Below the pieces are notes generated by a model. The model had not been told where the DNA came from, did not search any database, and was given only the letters and a program-made list of their open reading frames with translations. A program made the position numbers and the translations under genes. From Epithemia pelagica (taxonomy: Eukaryota > Protista > Bacillariophyta), in the NCBI GenBank assembly GCA_946965045.2, contig OX337231.1, positions 3,472,001 to 3,536,000 of the forward strand: 64,000 nucleotides of DNA. Direction: 5' to 3'. Positions 22,434 to 35,724 of the stretch are shown piece by piece (the first letter of the stretch is position 1; each line of letters starts with the position of its first letter).

Positions 22434-25400
22434 TTGCACGAAAAGTCGATCAACAAGGAATTCCCAATTCCGCTCATCATGTCCAAGACAATTCATTTCA
22501 TTGCGTGTCCCGCGCCATTGCTCAGTGGAAGCTTGAATGAATGTACTAGTCCAGAGGACAAAACCTGTCAAGGAGGTGTGGCGGCTTCTGCCGCATTTGC
22601 AAGAGCCTACAGCAAGAATGACAACTTCCTATTCTTGCCCTTTTTAGATCGAGAGAGTCCCTTTGTTCAAATGACACCCCTCGGATGGAGTGTCAATCGA
22701 CTTATTTTTCAGTACTATATTGGAGCCAAGGCCTTCTTGACCGCACCATCCATTCTGCAGCAAAACAAGGCAGATTCCAATGTTTCTCAACGAGATATAT
22801 CAGAACTTCAGTCCACGGACTTGCCTCTGCTTCTCTCCAATGTCCAGGTACCCCTCGCAAACTCCTGGAACCAATATCATGTCTCCATTTTCAGAGATGC
22901 GCACACTGGATTGGCTGTAATGTCCATTGTCAATTCGGGTGAAGCACTGAACGTTCCACAAATTGAAACTGCCTTGAGTGGTTTGGATTACTTGGCACGT
23001 ATCAACAAAGAAGCCGGATGTATGGGAGACTACAGAAATCCATTTCTAGAATTTGAATCACTCAACACTACAGAGCAGAGAGTTTGTTGGATCCCGGTAA
23101 TCATATTTTTTGATGCAAAAGAACAATTCGAAAAGCTATTGGAAGCTGTGCTCCAACACGAGCATCCTCCCAAGTTTATTCTTGACACAGCCGAAACTTC
23201 TCCGCCCTTGGAAGTTCCCAGGGAAGTGGGCCCTGGAACGTGGTTGGTCAGTCTCCGTCTGGAAGACTATCGCTATCAGCACAATGTGCTCACATTGAGC
23301 AACGACTTGAAAAGCATCACCAACGTTTCGGTCATTGCACATGGCTTGAACTTTTCATTACCAGACGTCCCCCAAGATGCCCGAGACGAACAATACAACA
23401 ACACCATTATCAACTTGGCTCGTTTGGCCGAAGACGCTCGTGACAACGACCCGTTTCTGGCCAACAGCAAGTTTATGAAAGTACAGCGGTCCGGAAGCTA
23501 TCGCCCATGCAAGGCCGGACAATGGGAATCCGGGAGTCTCTTTGTGGATGCTTTGTGATGGTACACCAAGTCCCAAATTGCGTTTGCCAGCAGTGGTGGA
23601 TTCCGTGGGGACGGATGGCCGGAAGGGCAAGTCCGAATCTCGAATATCTGGGATCTGTTACCCTTCCCTAATAACTTGTGTTCAGGTGTAATGAGCGGGG
23701 TGTCGGTATTCAACCTGTTCAACTTCTCCATTGCCATGGCCACCTTTGAGGGCGAGAACACAGCGAACGGCTCTCTACTTCTCCAAGTCTCTGGTATGCG
23801 CTTGACATACAATACAAGACTGACCGGTTCCAGATTGATATCCATTGAGATTCACGATGAGGAGAGCAATACGTTTCTTCCCGTTGAACGACTGAAGTTG
23901 TATACATTTGCTACAGATAGTTTCATGTGTACAGGAAACAAACCATTTGTTGATTTCTTGAACTCCCGGCTAGTGTTTCCTGGGGAGATACCGGGTCAAC
24001 TGGATGCCTCCATCATTCATCAAGAGATTGTCGCACAGTACCTTCAGAACTTGGAAGAAATCTATGAGCCAACCACAACAGGACGCATGTTTAACAACAC
24101 TGAAGCGCGAAACGTCTTGAACCTTGTGCAAACCGAAGATTCTTGTCAAAACAATGAATTTTGGAATCCACAAGACTTTAGCTGTATCGAGTGTCCACAG
24201 AGTTCAGGTGTCGTATTCCTCAAGAGTGAATTGAGCTTTGTGGGCGAGGTGGGTGAGATACCACCATCAAACTTGACAATATCCCTAGTCAACACCCTGT
24301 CCCACAATGTCACGGTCATTTCGAGATCGTTGCCATTCTGGGCACAAGTAGCGCCAGTGGATGGTAGCACAAACTTCTCGGATCGAATCCAACTGAACGA
24401 TTTGGAGACGGGTGCTGAGGTGATATTGAGAATCAAAGTTGATATTGAATCCTTGTCGCCTGGAACAGCCACTGGATCGGCAGTCTTTGGGGTTCTGAAT
24501 GAAAACAAGTTTCCCGGATGTACCCGACCGGATGCCACGATTGTCTTGACTGCACAAATTGAGCCCACTGAAGATCTCAACCAGCTGGGAAGTGTCCGAT
24601 ATTTTGGATGGATTGCCGCTGCTATTGTGATTCTAAGCTGCATAGCAATGACGACATGGGTCGTTCTGAAACGAAATACTCGGATTGTCCGAACCTTGCA
24701 ACCATTGTTTCTAGTTATGATCAGCATGGGTGTTCTGGTCATGAAGCTCCTTAATTCCTTTGGGATATGACGACGGAATCGTTTCTCAAGAGGCTGCTGG
24801 CAAGGCGTGTATGGCGTTTCCATGGTTGTTGAGCATGGGATTCACCGTTGCCATGTCCGCTCTGTTTTCCAAGCTGTGGAGGATCAACAAACTCTTTCAA
24901 AACCCCAACCTCCGAAGAATGAAGGTGACGGAAAAAGACGTGATTGCTCCTTTTGTGGTTCTGTTTGTAGTTAACTTTGTCGCCTTGTTGACCTGGACCT
25001 TGGTCGATCCATTGCAATGGGACCGACGTGAGATCGAAGGACAAACCAATCAAAGCTATGGGGGATGCCACTCTGGAGGAAATCCCGTGTCGGTTTCCAT
25101 GATGTGTATTGTAGGGGTTGTCAATTTTTCGGCCTTCTGCTTTGCTTGTTATCAGGCCTTTCGAGCAAGAGATGTCAGTGACGAGTTCAGCGAGCACAAG
25201 AGTTTGGGTGTAGCATTATTCAGTTGGGTACAGCTCTTGCTAATTGGAGTGCCAGTTCTTTTTCTGATTGACGACGACAATCCCTCGGCAAGATATTTCA
25301 TTACAGCCGGTCTCCCCTTCGCTGTTTGCATGTCCATGATAATACTCATACACGTTCCCATATTTGTGCAACAGCGAAAGGTCAGACGCCGATTGACAAC

Positions 25401-25797
25401 AGAACACCAATCGCGCGACATGCAAGCATCCGGTTCTTATTTGTCGGATTCGGTCCATAAATCTCCTTCATCACGTCGATTTTCTTTGAATGATGTGGGG
25501 CGCACCAGGGTATCCGGTGTGGGTGGGGATATGCAAAAGGCGGTAGACGAACTCAAAAAGTCTCCCTTTGAAACTTTGTCCTCAGAATTCTCGGTCGTCA
25601 TGGAGGGAGGTTCGGCTTCCGGTGGCGATGCTGTCATTCACAAACATCCAACCACTGCAACAACCCAGACGTCCGATGCTTCATTGCCTTCAGGGCGGCC
25701 TACAACACCATCCTGTGGTACCACCTCGGAGAAAACACCATCGTCTCCCTCCCGAAATGATGTCGAGAACAATGCTTTGCATTGGAACGCCATTTGA
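22434..25797 (+). pseudogene. Disrupted 5'-nucleotidase-C-terminal-like ectodomain fused to a class C (GABA-B-like) 7TM receptor
   Basis: GGFRG...IWDLLPFPNN and LQVSGMRLTYN are 5'-nucleotidase C-terminal-like. RTLQPLFL..IS.G, CMAFPWLLSMGF...LFSKLWRIN and SEHKSLGVALF are 7tm_3-like. In-frame TGA at 23556-23558 and a frameshift near 24744. Degenerate signal-peptide-like remnants lie upstream from about 21957. Confidence 0.7.
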
Positions 25798-26689
25798 CAA
25801 GCTCGCAGCAAAAACGAAGAGAGCGTAGCAGCACAGTCTATATCGTCAAGAAAACCAACGATTCAAGCCGAACCGGAACAAACCACTGATTCTCAGGACA
25901 ATGTTTTGGCGGAGGACGACCGCAGTTCCTCCTTTGCATACGTGGGAAGCGATGAACCGGGAGACTCATCGCTGCATACCACAGCAATTCGGTTCGCCGC
26001 TGCTCCACCACTTCCAAGGAATCAATCATTCTCTTCTCCATACGACGACATCAAGGAGAATGCAGATGAAAACGAGGACGAAGAAGAGAAACTGGAGTTG
26101 GTCCAACCAACGGCCCTTGAGTTTATGGAGGCAGCGACTCATGATCAAAATGATATTACATATCTTTGATCCAACCATTGCGCACATACCTGGTAGAGAG
26201 ATGCGGTCTCTTTCCGGAAGATACAAGAACCAGGTCTTCCTTGTTTACAAGCAAATCCACTCGTAGCAAGACGACGTGACCTTCTCTTTGTTGTCCTGGT
26301 GACAGACATGTCATCGTTGAGGATCAATTCTGACATGGCCCCTGAGGTCGACAAGAGCAAAACGATATGGACCCTCAACAAGTCGATATCTCACCAGAGT
26401 GGGACTGTCAACGGCGAGAACATTTCCGTCATCTTGTGGCATAGACAAAAAACTAATTTTCGTCCAACAGCACACAAAGAGAATTCCCACCCACAACAAG
26501 ACCAAACCAGAGTAAAACCTCTCCGGTCTCTCGTGTATTTATGTACCATACCAAGCAATGACAATAATTTCCATAATTCATTTGCATAGTTCAAATCTGA
26601 AAATTCGATCATACAAAATGCCATCGCGACATCATGTATGGAGATGGAGATGACGGGAGCAATGGTAGAGCTGTCAAAATTGTGATACG

Positions 26690-28548
26690 TCACATTGTGT
26701 CGTTGTTGTTTGTAGAGAATCCGAGCTTTTCATTCAACACGGCCAGAGCTCGGTCAAGGCGATGGAATCCATCTTCCAACTCGTTGGGTTTGATAATGAG
26801 TGGCGGTGCGGTATGAATGTAGGGGTATCGATGCAATCCCACCAATCCAGCCTGTGCGTAGGCTTTTTTGTATTCGAGAAAGGCCACTTCGTTGATGGGA
26901 GGTTTGTGTGGCCAGGGTTTGGGATTCTTCCCCTCGGTATCTTGAACTTGGAGACATCCAAACAACCCAATCGATCGCACGTCTTGAATACAATCGTACT
27001 TTGTCGCGAGCTTACGTAGTCCGCGGTGCAAAATGGGAGCAACGGTTTGTTGCACATGGTCTAGTACATTGTTTTGGACCATGTACTTGATGGTTTCGTA
27101 GGCAACGGCCAAGGAAACGGGATGTGATTGGTAGGTTGCACCCCATCCCAGAGGATGATCTTCAAAGTACTGGATCAGTTTCCCCGTACAGGCTGTTACC
27201 GAAAGCGGCATGGCGGCACCCGTCAATCCTTTGCCAGCCACCAAGATATCCGGTACGACATGTTCGTAGTGTTCAAAGCCAAACAATCGTCCCGTGCGAC
27301 CAAAGCCCACCATGATTTCATCAAAATGCAACAAAATGCCGTACTTGTCACACAGTGCACGTACACCCTGCATGTAGGCAGTGGGGAAAACAAAACAACC
27401 TCCCGGTCCAATGATAGGTTCCATAATGAGAGATGCAATTTGTTCTGGCCCTTCGTCCACAATTTGTTCTTCCAATAAATCCAAGGCGGCTTGTATCTTT
27501 TCAGGTTTCGTCATGTTCATTCGAGACAGTGTTGACAAGTTTCTGTCCATCGCACCATTGTGCTGGTAGCTATCACTCGAGGAATGGTGACCATTGATGG
27601 TATGAATATTGTTGTGGAGGCCCCTCCTGTCACTGCCATCTTGATCGAAAAAGAGTGAAAATGGGTTGATTGCTTTGACAAATCCAGTGCATTGTTCCTT
27701 ACCATACCATCGTCGATAATCTCCCGACGCGGCTGCGGCATGGGCCGATGCTCCATGGTAGGATTTGTAAAAGCTCAAAATTTTGTGTCGTCCGGTATAC
27801 CGTCGGGCCAATAAAATGGCCGCTTCATTGGCTTCGGACCCCGAGGTGGGAAAGAGGCCGGGTCGCAAATCACCCGGCAAGACTTCGGTCAAGAGTTGAT
27901 GCATGCGGACTCGGACTTCCGGAATACCAATACCTCCATAGGTAAAGGGAAGATGTTGCAATTGGTGGATTGCTGCCTGTTGGACTTGATCCGGAACGGT
28001 GTATCCCAAATTGTTGCAAACGGCCTGCGACGTCCAGTCCAAATACTCCTTCCCATTCGAATCATACAGATACACGCCTGACATGTGTTAGTGTCGTTGT
28101 TGTCGTCGTTGATTCCATGCCACATATACCACGAAATGAACCAAAGTGTCAGAGTACGACGACAAGACAGAAACGGTTCATCCCCCAATAGATGTGTATC
28201 GTGAGGGTTGGACGGTCGTGAGTGCGGTATCCTGGGACGGTTATGGCACCTACCTGTTCCATGCGTCATGATGGGGATCTGGAGTCGTTGATTGGCGGGG
28301 ATCCATGTCATGAGATAGGGATGACGTTCTCTCGAATTCGACAGTTGCTCGGGGGTCCACGTTCCCAGGGGTTGCCAATGCAAGGGATCCACCGTGGAGG
28401 AGGACGACGAGGAATGTATTTGCTGCATGGGAGATGCCGATTGTGGTTCTCGTTGTGGCGGCAGCGAGGGATTCTGTTTCTGCAAAGGCTGTCGGTGTGG
28501 ATCCGGAACAACGTCACCTAGTGTTGTTTGCTCAGAATCATGGGGCAT
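26690..28548 (-). CDS. Class III PLP-dependent aminotransferase (exons ~28548-28254 and 28077-26690; start uncertain)
   Basis: GVYLYD..G..YLDW.SQ, FDEIMVGFGRTG, DILVAGKGLT (PLP lysine), GATYQSHP. Intron 28078-28253 (GTAGGT...ACTAAC...TCAG) restores THGTG|VYLYD. Confidence 0.88.
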
Positions 28549-29477
28549 ACTTGCAATAGTAGCGTTACTATCCGAAGTAATGGTTCGATGACGCAGGTGG
28601 TTGGTTTCCCCTCTTTCCAGAAAAGACTGAGTGGAGCGCCATTCGTAAAATAGTGAACAGCGGTCAAGGTAATGTCGTGATGACGGCGACAACCAAGAGA
28701 CATGGGGTGGTGTTTACCAACAAGACAAGGCGAGGTTGAGAAACAAAGTGTATTGGATCTTATCCAGAGTTGAGATATTCACATGTTTCTTTCTTTTTCA
28801 GTCATACCTTGTTTTGGATCATCAAACATTGGCGGCTCAGATTCATCCAAATGCTTCGTCTCCCTTGTTGCCATCTGCATGATGCAGTGCGGACTGTCTC
28901 AAAAGTGGACAGCAGAATCTTTGCCATTGCCGTGTGAAAGGTGACACAATGGAACATTTTGTCTCGATTCGATTTTTTCAGGTCCACTGTATCTCACCAG
29001 AACGAGTCGTCTCGGCGCTCTGCTTGAAGTTCTCGACGAGGTATCAATTCGAATGCAACAATTCCAAAGCAAGGGCTGCAGGTGTACCATCCAACCAACA
29101 AAGGTGCTCAAGAGGACAAGAACATCGCGTCGTCGGATTCTTGTCGTTGGCACTTTTCAGACGCGGAAAGGTCGCTGAAAAGGGGAAGGGGGTGTCGCCG
29201 GTCAGGAGCGTGGATGAGTCGCGCACAGTTCAGTGGCCGGCGGTCGCTGTGCAGGGTTGAAGATTGCCATGACCACAGATGCTATTTGTTCTTTTCGAGG
29301 AGTAGGGATGACGATGACAGCTTCCGGAAGCAGCCCACCTCGACAAAACAAGATACACTTGCTTCTCTTTTTCAGGCCTAACGAGAGTGTTTTGTTCTTC
29401 TTGCCATACCTACGGCGCCTATCCATATTCCCTATTGGAGTGGCGTTGTACACTTCAGTTACAGAAGAAGCTCCGAA

Positions 29478-30662
29478 ATGGCAGAGCAATCGCCTTGCCG
29501 ACGTACTCGTAGAGGTGGATGTGGTGGATTTCGGTACCTGTTTCGGGCATTCTGGATCCTCGTGACGGTCCAACTCGTGCTGCCCTTTGTCGTTCTCTGG
29601 CAACACACTGCGTCCTTGCCCTATCATCCTCATCCTCATGAGAATACAATCCTACGAGGCATGCAACAACAACAAGTTGCGAATGAAGATCGGGTGGCCA
29701 TGATGCCCCAACCACAGTTTGAGGCGATTCGAGACAACGACAAGGGCAATCGGACAATTCGTGTCGCAAGTGCCGTGTCGGGGTGTGAACCCAAATTCTT
29801 GGTCGACTCGAACAATCAATCCTTCTTGTTCAAACCCAGTAATCTTCACGGCGGCGCGTTGAATGAATGGATTGCCTATGGTCTCAGTGAATTCTTGGGA
29901 TTGCATCGGGTACCACCGGTGCAAGCCGTGGCCTTGCCAGACACGGATCTTTTCCAGGCCATTGATACCCACTACAACGAGCAGCAACAAGTATCTGGAT
30001 ACTGGAGGAACCCGCTCCAGTGTCAAATGGAATTGAATCATTCCCAACGATATTGGATTCGTCACAAACGGGAACAAAGTCGTTTGGGCACGCTCCAACT
30101 AATAATTCCTCACGTTTACCAACGTGCCGAATTGGACCGCGCCGTGGAGCAACACGTGCTCGGCCAAGACGCTCTGGAGCGGTTCCTCCGGCCCGTATCG
30201 GCCTTTGTGCAACGCGAACGGGATACCCGATCTCTCCTCTTTGATGCTCTCTTGGGAAATAAGGACCGGTTCAACAATGACTTTGTCGTCCACGTGCCGC
30301 ACCCAACAAAGGGTGCTGGTGGTGGTGGTAACACGGACATGCGTCTCCTCCTGTACCTGGACAATAACTTGTTGAGTCGCCACCAACCCATCCCAACACC
30401 TCAGTATTGTCGCTTTTACTACCACGTGGTACAACGATTGCGACAGCAAGCCGACTTGGAACACCAAGTGCCTCAATTCCTGGCACAAATTGATTCCGAC
30501 AGTCAACGGCGCGTCCAGGCATGGACGGCCGCCCGAGTGCTGTTTCTCAAGCGCGACGTGAATGCTTTGTTTCACCTCAACCAGCGACGCCGCCAAGTGT
30601 TGCATCAGGTCGACGCCTGTCTCGAGAAGCACGGGTTTGACCACGTCTTTGTGGAGGAATAA
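29478..30662 (+). CDS. Type II membrane FAM20/four-jointed-like secretory-pathway kinase
   Basis: N-terminal TM anchor, then FLFKP, E.IAY.LSEFLGL..VPP, DALLGNKDRFNN and LLYLDN motifs. Confidence 0.6.
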   Translation: MAEQSPCRRTRRGGCGGFRYLFRAFWILVTVQLVLPFVVLWQHTASLPYHPHPHENTILRGMQQQQVANEDRVAMMPQPQFEAIRDNDKGNRTIRVASAVSGCEPKFLVDSNNQSFLFKPSNLHGGALNEWIAYGLSEFLGLHRVPPVQAVALPDTDLFQAIDTHYNEQQQVSGYWRNPLQCQMELNHSQRYWIRHKREQSRLGTLQLIIPHVYQRAELDRAVEQHVLGQDALERFLRPVSAFVQRERDTRSLLFDALLGNKDRFNNDFVVHVPHPTKGAGGGGNTDMRLLLYLDNNLLSRHQPIPTPQYCRFYYHVVQRLRQQADLEHQVPQFLAQIDSDSQRRVQAWTAARVLFLKRDVNALFHLNQRRRQVLHQVDACLEKHGFDHVFVEE

Positions 30663-31889
30663 AACACCAGGAACAACTCAAGGCGCGTGACATGTGCCTT
30701 TTACAAAATGGGGGCCACTGCCACAGCCCAATCCGAGCAACCACGTGACGAACCTCACACGCAAATCCCCGTGCACAAAACGTGGACAGCGCATCCCTCC
30801 TCTTCTTTTGGGAGTGACATTGTCCATTGAGATGAGCAGGGCACATGTAGGGTCGAAGATCAACCACACCAATTTCGGCATAGACCTTGATAGTCGCCGC
30901 CTCGACCACAGGCATTAACGATCGAGCCAACAAAGTGCCTAGAGGAGTGAAAGCCAGATCGTTTTCTGGAACGCCTACAATATAGATAGCGTATTGAATC
31001 GACTTTCTCCAAGTCCTCTGTATCAAACCAAACTACAAGGTATCTGACAGAAGGTGACAACTAAGAAGGAGTGTACCATCCAACCAACAAAGGAACAAAA
31101 AGTCAAAAGAACAAGAAAACATTGCTCCACCCTTCTTGGTGGCTGGGCTCCTTGCAGTGTGGAGCCGTGTACGAGAATCAAAAGACAGCCACACTGATGC
31201 AGCGTGAGACTTTGGATATATACTGTAACTCAACAACTACAATCCAGCTTCGCCGACTGCTTTCCGCACCCACAGGACCAAAGGCAATCCACCGATCGAA
31301 AAGAGAATATACAGACGAGGAAGACGCTGAGACGACAAGAGATACCAGTCAGAACGATTTTTGCAACAAGGATATGGCGGACCATGGTTTCTCATGAGTC
31401 ATAATCGACAAGCCTTGCGATTGCTGTCTCATCGGTTCCAAGCCATATGATGCTCCGTACTACATTGGTTGCTTCGCGAAACCATGGAACTGTTGTTGTC
31501 GGAATGGCGGTTTGGAGTGTACCGGTCTATCGTCATGTCGTACCAACTCCCGTTGGAACCCGTGCAAGGGATCTCTGTGGAACGTCGTCGTGCTGTGAAC
31601 CGTCTACAAAAGACTCTGTGTCCTCCAAAGTGCTATGATGACACCACACAAAGCCCCAGATTCTTGTCTCACGACCGCACATTCACGGTGGTGGCACTGT
31701 CCTATCAAGGCCAAAGCGTAGTACTACTTGGCGAGAAACAAAAATTTGGTCGTTCCTTCCCCTACTTTGACAACAAACAAGCACCTCCTATCTTGCAACA
31801 TATTGTTTCTACTATTGAGTAACCACTTACTAGGTCCTAGGATTGCAATTGAAGGCAGAAAACAAGTCAACGACTAGAGAACAGGACGT

Positions 31890-33086
31890 CTAGGCTTCAT
31901 CCTTTCCATAATCACCACGGCGCGTATTGGACCTTGCCCGTTTACGAGCTGATGTCAAGGTGGTACCAGCATCTCGAATACCCATTCCTTCCATAGAATG
32001 GTATAATCCGCTGGGCTGGTGCTTAAAGAGTCGACAAAAACACCACGTATACTTGTCCATTAGTGGTAAGGTCGCACAGGTAGGACTACCAGAGCCACTT
32101 ATCACGGCAATCTGATTGGAAACAATCATCAAACTGCAGAAATTGCGGTAATTAGTGAATGGTGGGAGATTCCACACACGGTTGCGGTTCGTATCTAAGA
32201 CTTCCACGGTTGAATTGCTCCATCCTCCTGCAACAACCAGACAGGATCCCACGGCAACCACTGCACAATAACTTCGTATATTGGAAAGCACCAACTCGGA
32301 ATGAGTGATCCAAGTGGACGAGAAGGAAACGACTGTAGACAAAGTGTCGTCTTTTCTCTTTTCTGTAAAGTCCAAGTACTCCACCGAATCAAGTTCGTCG
32401 TCACCGTTTTTGCCTCCAACGACAAAGATGCGGTGGCCAATGATCGCACTGGCAAAAAATTGTCGAGGAACGGTCATGCTTGGTCCCTTTATAACAGCGT
32501 GATTGCTGGTATCAATAATATCCACCGACGACAAATAACGCATATTCCAGCCACCCATTACAATAATATATCGATAGAGAAGCGCAACAGCACAACATCC
32601 ACTTCTTCTCGTCGATAATCGACAAGTTAATGTCGTCCAACCGGTCTCAAACGTTCTTCTTGTAGTTGAAGATGATTGCAGCATATCATTGACATCAATT
32701 TGTTCGATACAATCCAAAGTTCCTCGACTGTATCCTCCCATCACATAGACACTTCCATTGCACAGAACAGCGGCATGTGCTTGACGACTCTTGTTCATGG
32801 GTGGCCCTTCTCGCCACTGTCTGTTTGGGTCTGCTAGATTCAATAACAGAACGGAATTGAGCTCGCGTCGACCAGTTTGATATCCGCCCATCACAACGAC
32901 CGTTTGTCTCTTGTCGTTGTTATCGTTGTCCGTGTCGAGATGATCGAATACGACCGTAGCATGCCTGTTTGGCCATCCACCCTCAAGAGGCTCAAGAGGA
33001 GGCCAATCGTTTTCATCCCATGCTGCGGTCTCGTCCGATACGAAAAGCCCCGACTGCCATGCTTTCTCTTTCAGTGTCATGCTCAT
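31890..33086 (-). CDS. Kelch-repeat protein
   Basis: Repeated GG...SVE/D units and W..GP.M...R..HAA, e.g. VYVMGGY, IIVMGGW, IFVVGGK, LVVAGGW. Confidence 0.9.
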   Translation of the reverse strand: MSMTLKEKAWQSGLFVSDETAAWDENDWPPLEPLEGGWPNRHATVVFDHLDTDNDNNDKRQTVVVMGGYQTGRRELNSVLLLNLADPNRQWREGPPMNKSRQAHAAVLCNGSVYVMGGYSRGTLDCIEQIDVNDMLQSSSTTRRTFETGWTTLTCRLSTRRSGCCAVALLYRYIIVMGGWNMRYLSSVDIIDTSNHAVIKGPSMTVPRQFFASAIIGHRIFVVGGKNGDDELDSVEYLDFTEKRKDDTLSTVVSFSSTWITHSELVLSNIRSYCAVVAVGSCLVVAGGWSNSTVEVLDTNRNRVWNLPPFTNYRNFCSLMIVSNQIAVISGSGSPTCATLPLMDKYTWCFCRLFKHQPSGLYHSMEGMGIRDAGTTLTSARKRARSNTRRGDYGKDEA

Positions 33087-33698
33087 GGTGATTCATTCAC
33101 TCCAAAGAGCAAAATGCTTTTTTGTGGCTGCTGGCGAGGGCGAGGGGTGCTCGTAGGAGTATGCCGCACATAGACTACCTACCTTCTACCTTCATTTTCC
33201 GGGCTACGCGTATCGCCGGCCAGGATCTAGGAATGCTCGCGTGTCTTCTCCTGTGTCAGTCGCAGATGCAGTGGCGGAGCAGTTTTCGGGCCATTCCACT
33301 TTCTGTGCAAGATTTCCATGACAGCCTCTCTTTATACACCATTTCATCCGTCATCATCCCTTTCCTCTTTGGCAAGTCGATATGAGCTCTTGTACCCCTT
33401 CGTGCATGGGGAGTCGGTAAACAAAGGGACCATGATGCTTATGTAACGGATGTTTAATATAGTCGTAGCATCAAACAGAATTACTATAGGCATACCGCTT
33501 GTAGCCAGAACCTTGTTCGTGGCTTGTTGTCGTAGCACAATCTCGTATTCTATTCGCCAGCAGAAAGAGATGAATGTTATCCATCTGCGTCGAATATAAG
33601 CAGAAAGGCAAAACTGGAAGGGGTAACACCTGAAATCGATGAGCAAAGCGCAAAAACGAATGGTGGAGTATGATATCCAGCGTTTACTTCATGGGCGC

Positions 33699-33966
33699 TA
33701 TCAGCGTTCATGCGCCTCTTTCATTCACTCCCACACATGCAACAAAATATCGACCTCGCACTACACCCAACTTAGCTCCTAGTCATAATTTGAGAAGTAA
33801 CAAAACTCGCACTACAGTTTACATTCGTCCCTAGCAGAATCTTACGAACTGCAAACCGGAACTTTTCCGAATGACCATGGGAACCTCCCTCAACGGAACG
33901 GCCGCCTCATTCGGACATTCTACGAACAACTCGTCGGGTGGAACAGAAAACTCCTTCACAATGACA
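33699..33966 (+). repeat. 5' LTR
   Basis: TATCAGCG...AATGACA; matches 40448-40715 with no difference found by eye. Confidence 0.95.
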
Positions 33967-34314
33967 GGTTATGAGCCCAAGCGGTTCCACTGGGTTGTAA
34001 CAGTATTCACCTTACTGATGACCGTTTACTTACCGACAAGAATTGTTTTACTTAACGATTCATTCGTGGTACGACAAATTTCATTTGTGCCCCCTACACG
34101 AATCCAAACCCTGACGCGACCGACATTCGGCAACTGGGAGTCAACATTGCAGTTGGAGACTTGGTCCACCAACCAGAACACTCCGTTACTGGGCCCAACA
34201 CAACTTGGAGCACGGGAACTAACACTCACTTTTTGGTCCAAACCAAAACAGACTCAAACTTACCGCTTACCTTTGCTGTTGAGTTCCTTGCCTTTGCCTA
34301 CTATCTTTGAGACC

Positions 34315-35724
34315 ATGAAGATCCCTACTCCTGTTTCAACGCCCAAGAAGACCTCTGGAGTCGGTTCCCTTTCAGCCGATACTCAGATGAATGGTATCAC
34401 TTTGACTGCCGCCAAGAGTCGTACTTTTGAACTCGGAGCTTTCGCCGACACGGTCTCTCCAGCCTATCGCAGTTCCTTATCCGGGAAGACGCTGTTTGAC
34501 TTTCGTAATGAAGCCGTTGTTGGACTTACTCCTCCCTTCAGTTTCACCTGGGCCGTTGTCAGTACGACCGATGACAAGTCCTTCTTCGACGACAACAACA
34601 AGATTATGATGCAACTTTATACACTCAAGACACGTCTTACGACGTACTGCATGCATTCGGTGTTTGATATCCTTCCTGTTGATGAAGAAACCGGCATTTT
34701 AGACTCGTCAGGTGCTACTTTGAGCTTACTCGACCATGCTTGTTCGCTCTCCGAGGCTCAAGTCCGCTTGAGCAACCAGATCTATGCCGAACGCACCACC
34801 GATAGTCTGCACCCGCAGAATCTGTCTTGGACTCAGGACTTGTTGCTTGCCTCCTGTGATGGGACTCTTCGTGCCGATCTTGAAAATCGCTTGGTCACGA
34901 TCCCTGACAACGAGCAGGGTGGGCCCTTGGTTCTTCATATGATCCTCACGCAACTCATGACGACTACTACCGACGCCGCTCGTGGTATCGTCCGCCGATT
35001 GGAGAAACACAGTGTCACTGCCTATCCTGGTGAAAACATAAATCAGTTTTGCTCTACGTTTAACAATGTGGTTCTACGTTTGAACTTAAGTGGACATGTC
35101 CCGGCCGACATTTGCAGTATCTTCGTCGAACGACTTCTCACTTGCACGGTTCCAAAGTTTCTCAGCATGATGGACTATTTGGAGAATCATGACGACCCCA
35201 TCCTTCAAGACTTTTTCGGATTACGCGAACGTGTCGTGGCATAATACCATTCTCTTTTGTTGTCCGAGAAATGGCTTCCGACCGTCAAGACCGATACCTC
35301 CGCTTTTCCTGCTCTCACTGAGACCAAGAAAGCTGCTCCGGTTGGAACCTCCAAGTCGAACAATGGTCGTCGTCCCCCTTTACCGATCGACACTACTCCT
35401 CCTGGTCCTGGTGAGGCCAACTCCAAGCCTCATCCGACGAATCCCAAGCGCAAATTGTGGTGGTGTGCCTTGTGTCCGAATGGTACTCCAAACGGCATCG
35501 GCCGTTGGGGTAACCACAGCACAGACCGTCATGACCCCACCAAGGTGAATTCCAGCCGCTCTCCTGCAGCCACACCCTCTGACACGGCTGCCATTGCGAA
35601 TACTACGGATTCTCCTCCAGCCGCCGACACCCCTTTGACTGACAGTGCCACTGCTACACCGACTGCTGCACCACCCCAGACTTACGCCAATGTTGCCCTT
35701 ACCTCCTTGCGGGATTTTCGCTAG
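34315..35724 (+). pseudogene. gag: Copia gag with a premature TAA at 35242-35244
   Basis: ORFs 33871-35244 and 35257-35724 share a frame across one TAA (RVVA*YHSLL). Cys/His knuckle WWCALCP...WGNHST..H. Start at MKIPT is inferred. Confidence 0.7.
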
